From the NCBI RefSeq assembly GCF_000011805.1, contig NC_006840.2: a stretch of DNA of 32,000 nt; one strand, given 5' to 3'. The translations under genes and the position numbers were made by a program. This DNA is from Aliivibrio fischeri ES114. Its GTDB lineage: Bacteria > Pseudomonadota > Gammaproteobacteria > Enterobacterales > Vibrionaceae. The notes beneath the pieces were generated by a model. The model did not search any database, had not been told where the DNA came from, and saw only the letters and a list, made by a program, of their open reading frames with translations. This document shows positions 31,837-32,000 of the stretch, one piece after another; within the stretch, counting starts at the first letter, position 1; each line of letters begins with the position of its first letter.

Positions 31837-32000
31837 TCTCGCTGACAAAATTGATAGCGTACAATCTCCAATCAACAATATCGTCATTCGTTTATTGTTG
31901 GTTGGTGTCGCAGTGTTTCATATGGCAATGCTAATGTGGGAACCGACAATATACGCTGAACGAATTGGTGGGTTTAGTGGGTTATTGGCTCCAGCTCTAA
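31829..32000 (+). CDS. ybgE: YbgE-like cyd operon protein, partial (runs off right edge)
   Basis: GTG at 31829 opens a frame reading MSNLADKIDSVQSPINNIVIRLLLVGVAVFHMAMLMWEPTIYAERIGGFSGLLAPAL..., overlapping the cydX end by 8 nt in a different frame. Confidence 0.8.
   Translation, partial: MSNLADKIDSVQSPINNIVIRLLLVGVAVFHMAMLMWEPTIYAERIGGFSGLLAPAL

Overview
This window reads as a conserved, core-type segment of a Vibrionaceae chromosome; gene content and protein sequences look most like Aliivibrio, which is an inference. In order it contains: a partial Na+/H+ antiporter-family gene, rnt, motY, a small DUF2753-like gene, gloA, nth-rsxEGDCBA (minus strand), two tRNA-Asn genes, uvrB, a minus-strand Qrr quorum-sensing sRNA gene between uvrB and luxO, luxO-luxU, a yvcK-like gene, a Moco-riboswitch-like leader followed by moaA-moaC-moaD-moaE (no moaB), a three-gene locus (ATP-grasp ligase-like / UUP1 membrane protein / retropepsin-like lipoprotein), cmoBA, aspS, ruvCAB, and cydAB-cydX-ybgE. 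I found no CRISPR array, transposase, phage module or defence island. The items most worth a second look are: (1) the qrr1-luxO intergenic region, with a complete Qrr sRNA, a sigma-54 promoter and three TTGCR-N3-TGCRA dyads; (2) the ATP-grasp/UUP1/DTG-protease locus, whose biochemistry is only partly understood as far as I know; (3) a 129-bp in-frame tandem repeat with a higher-order 258-bp period in the rsxC C-terminal extension; (4) the Moco-type leader feeding a GTG-initiated moaA and a moa operon without moaB.
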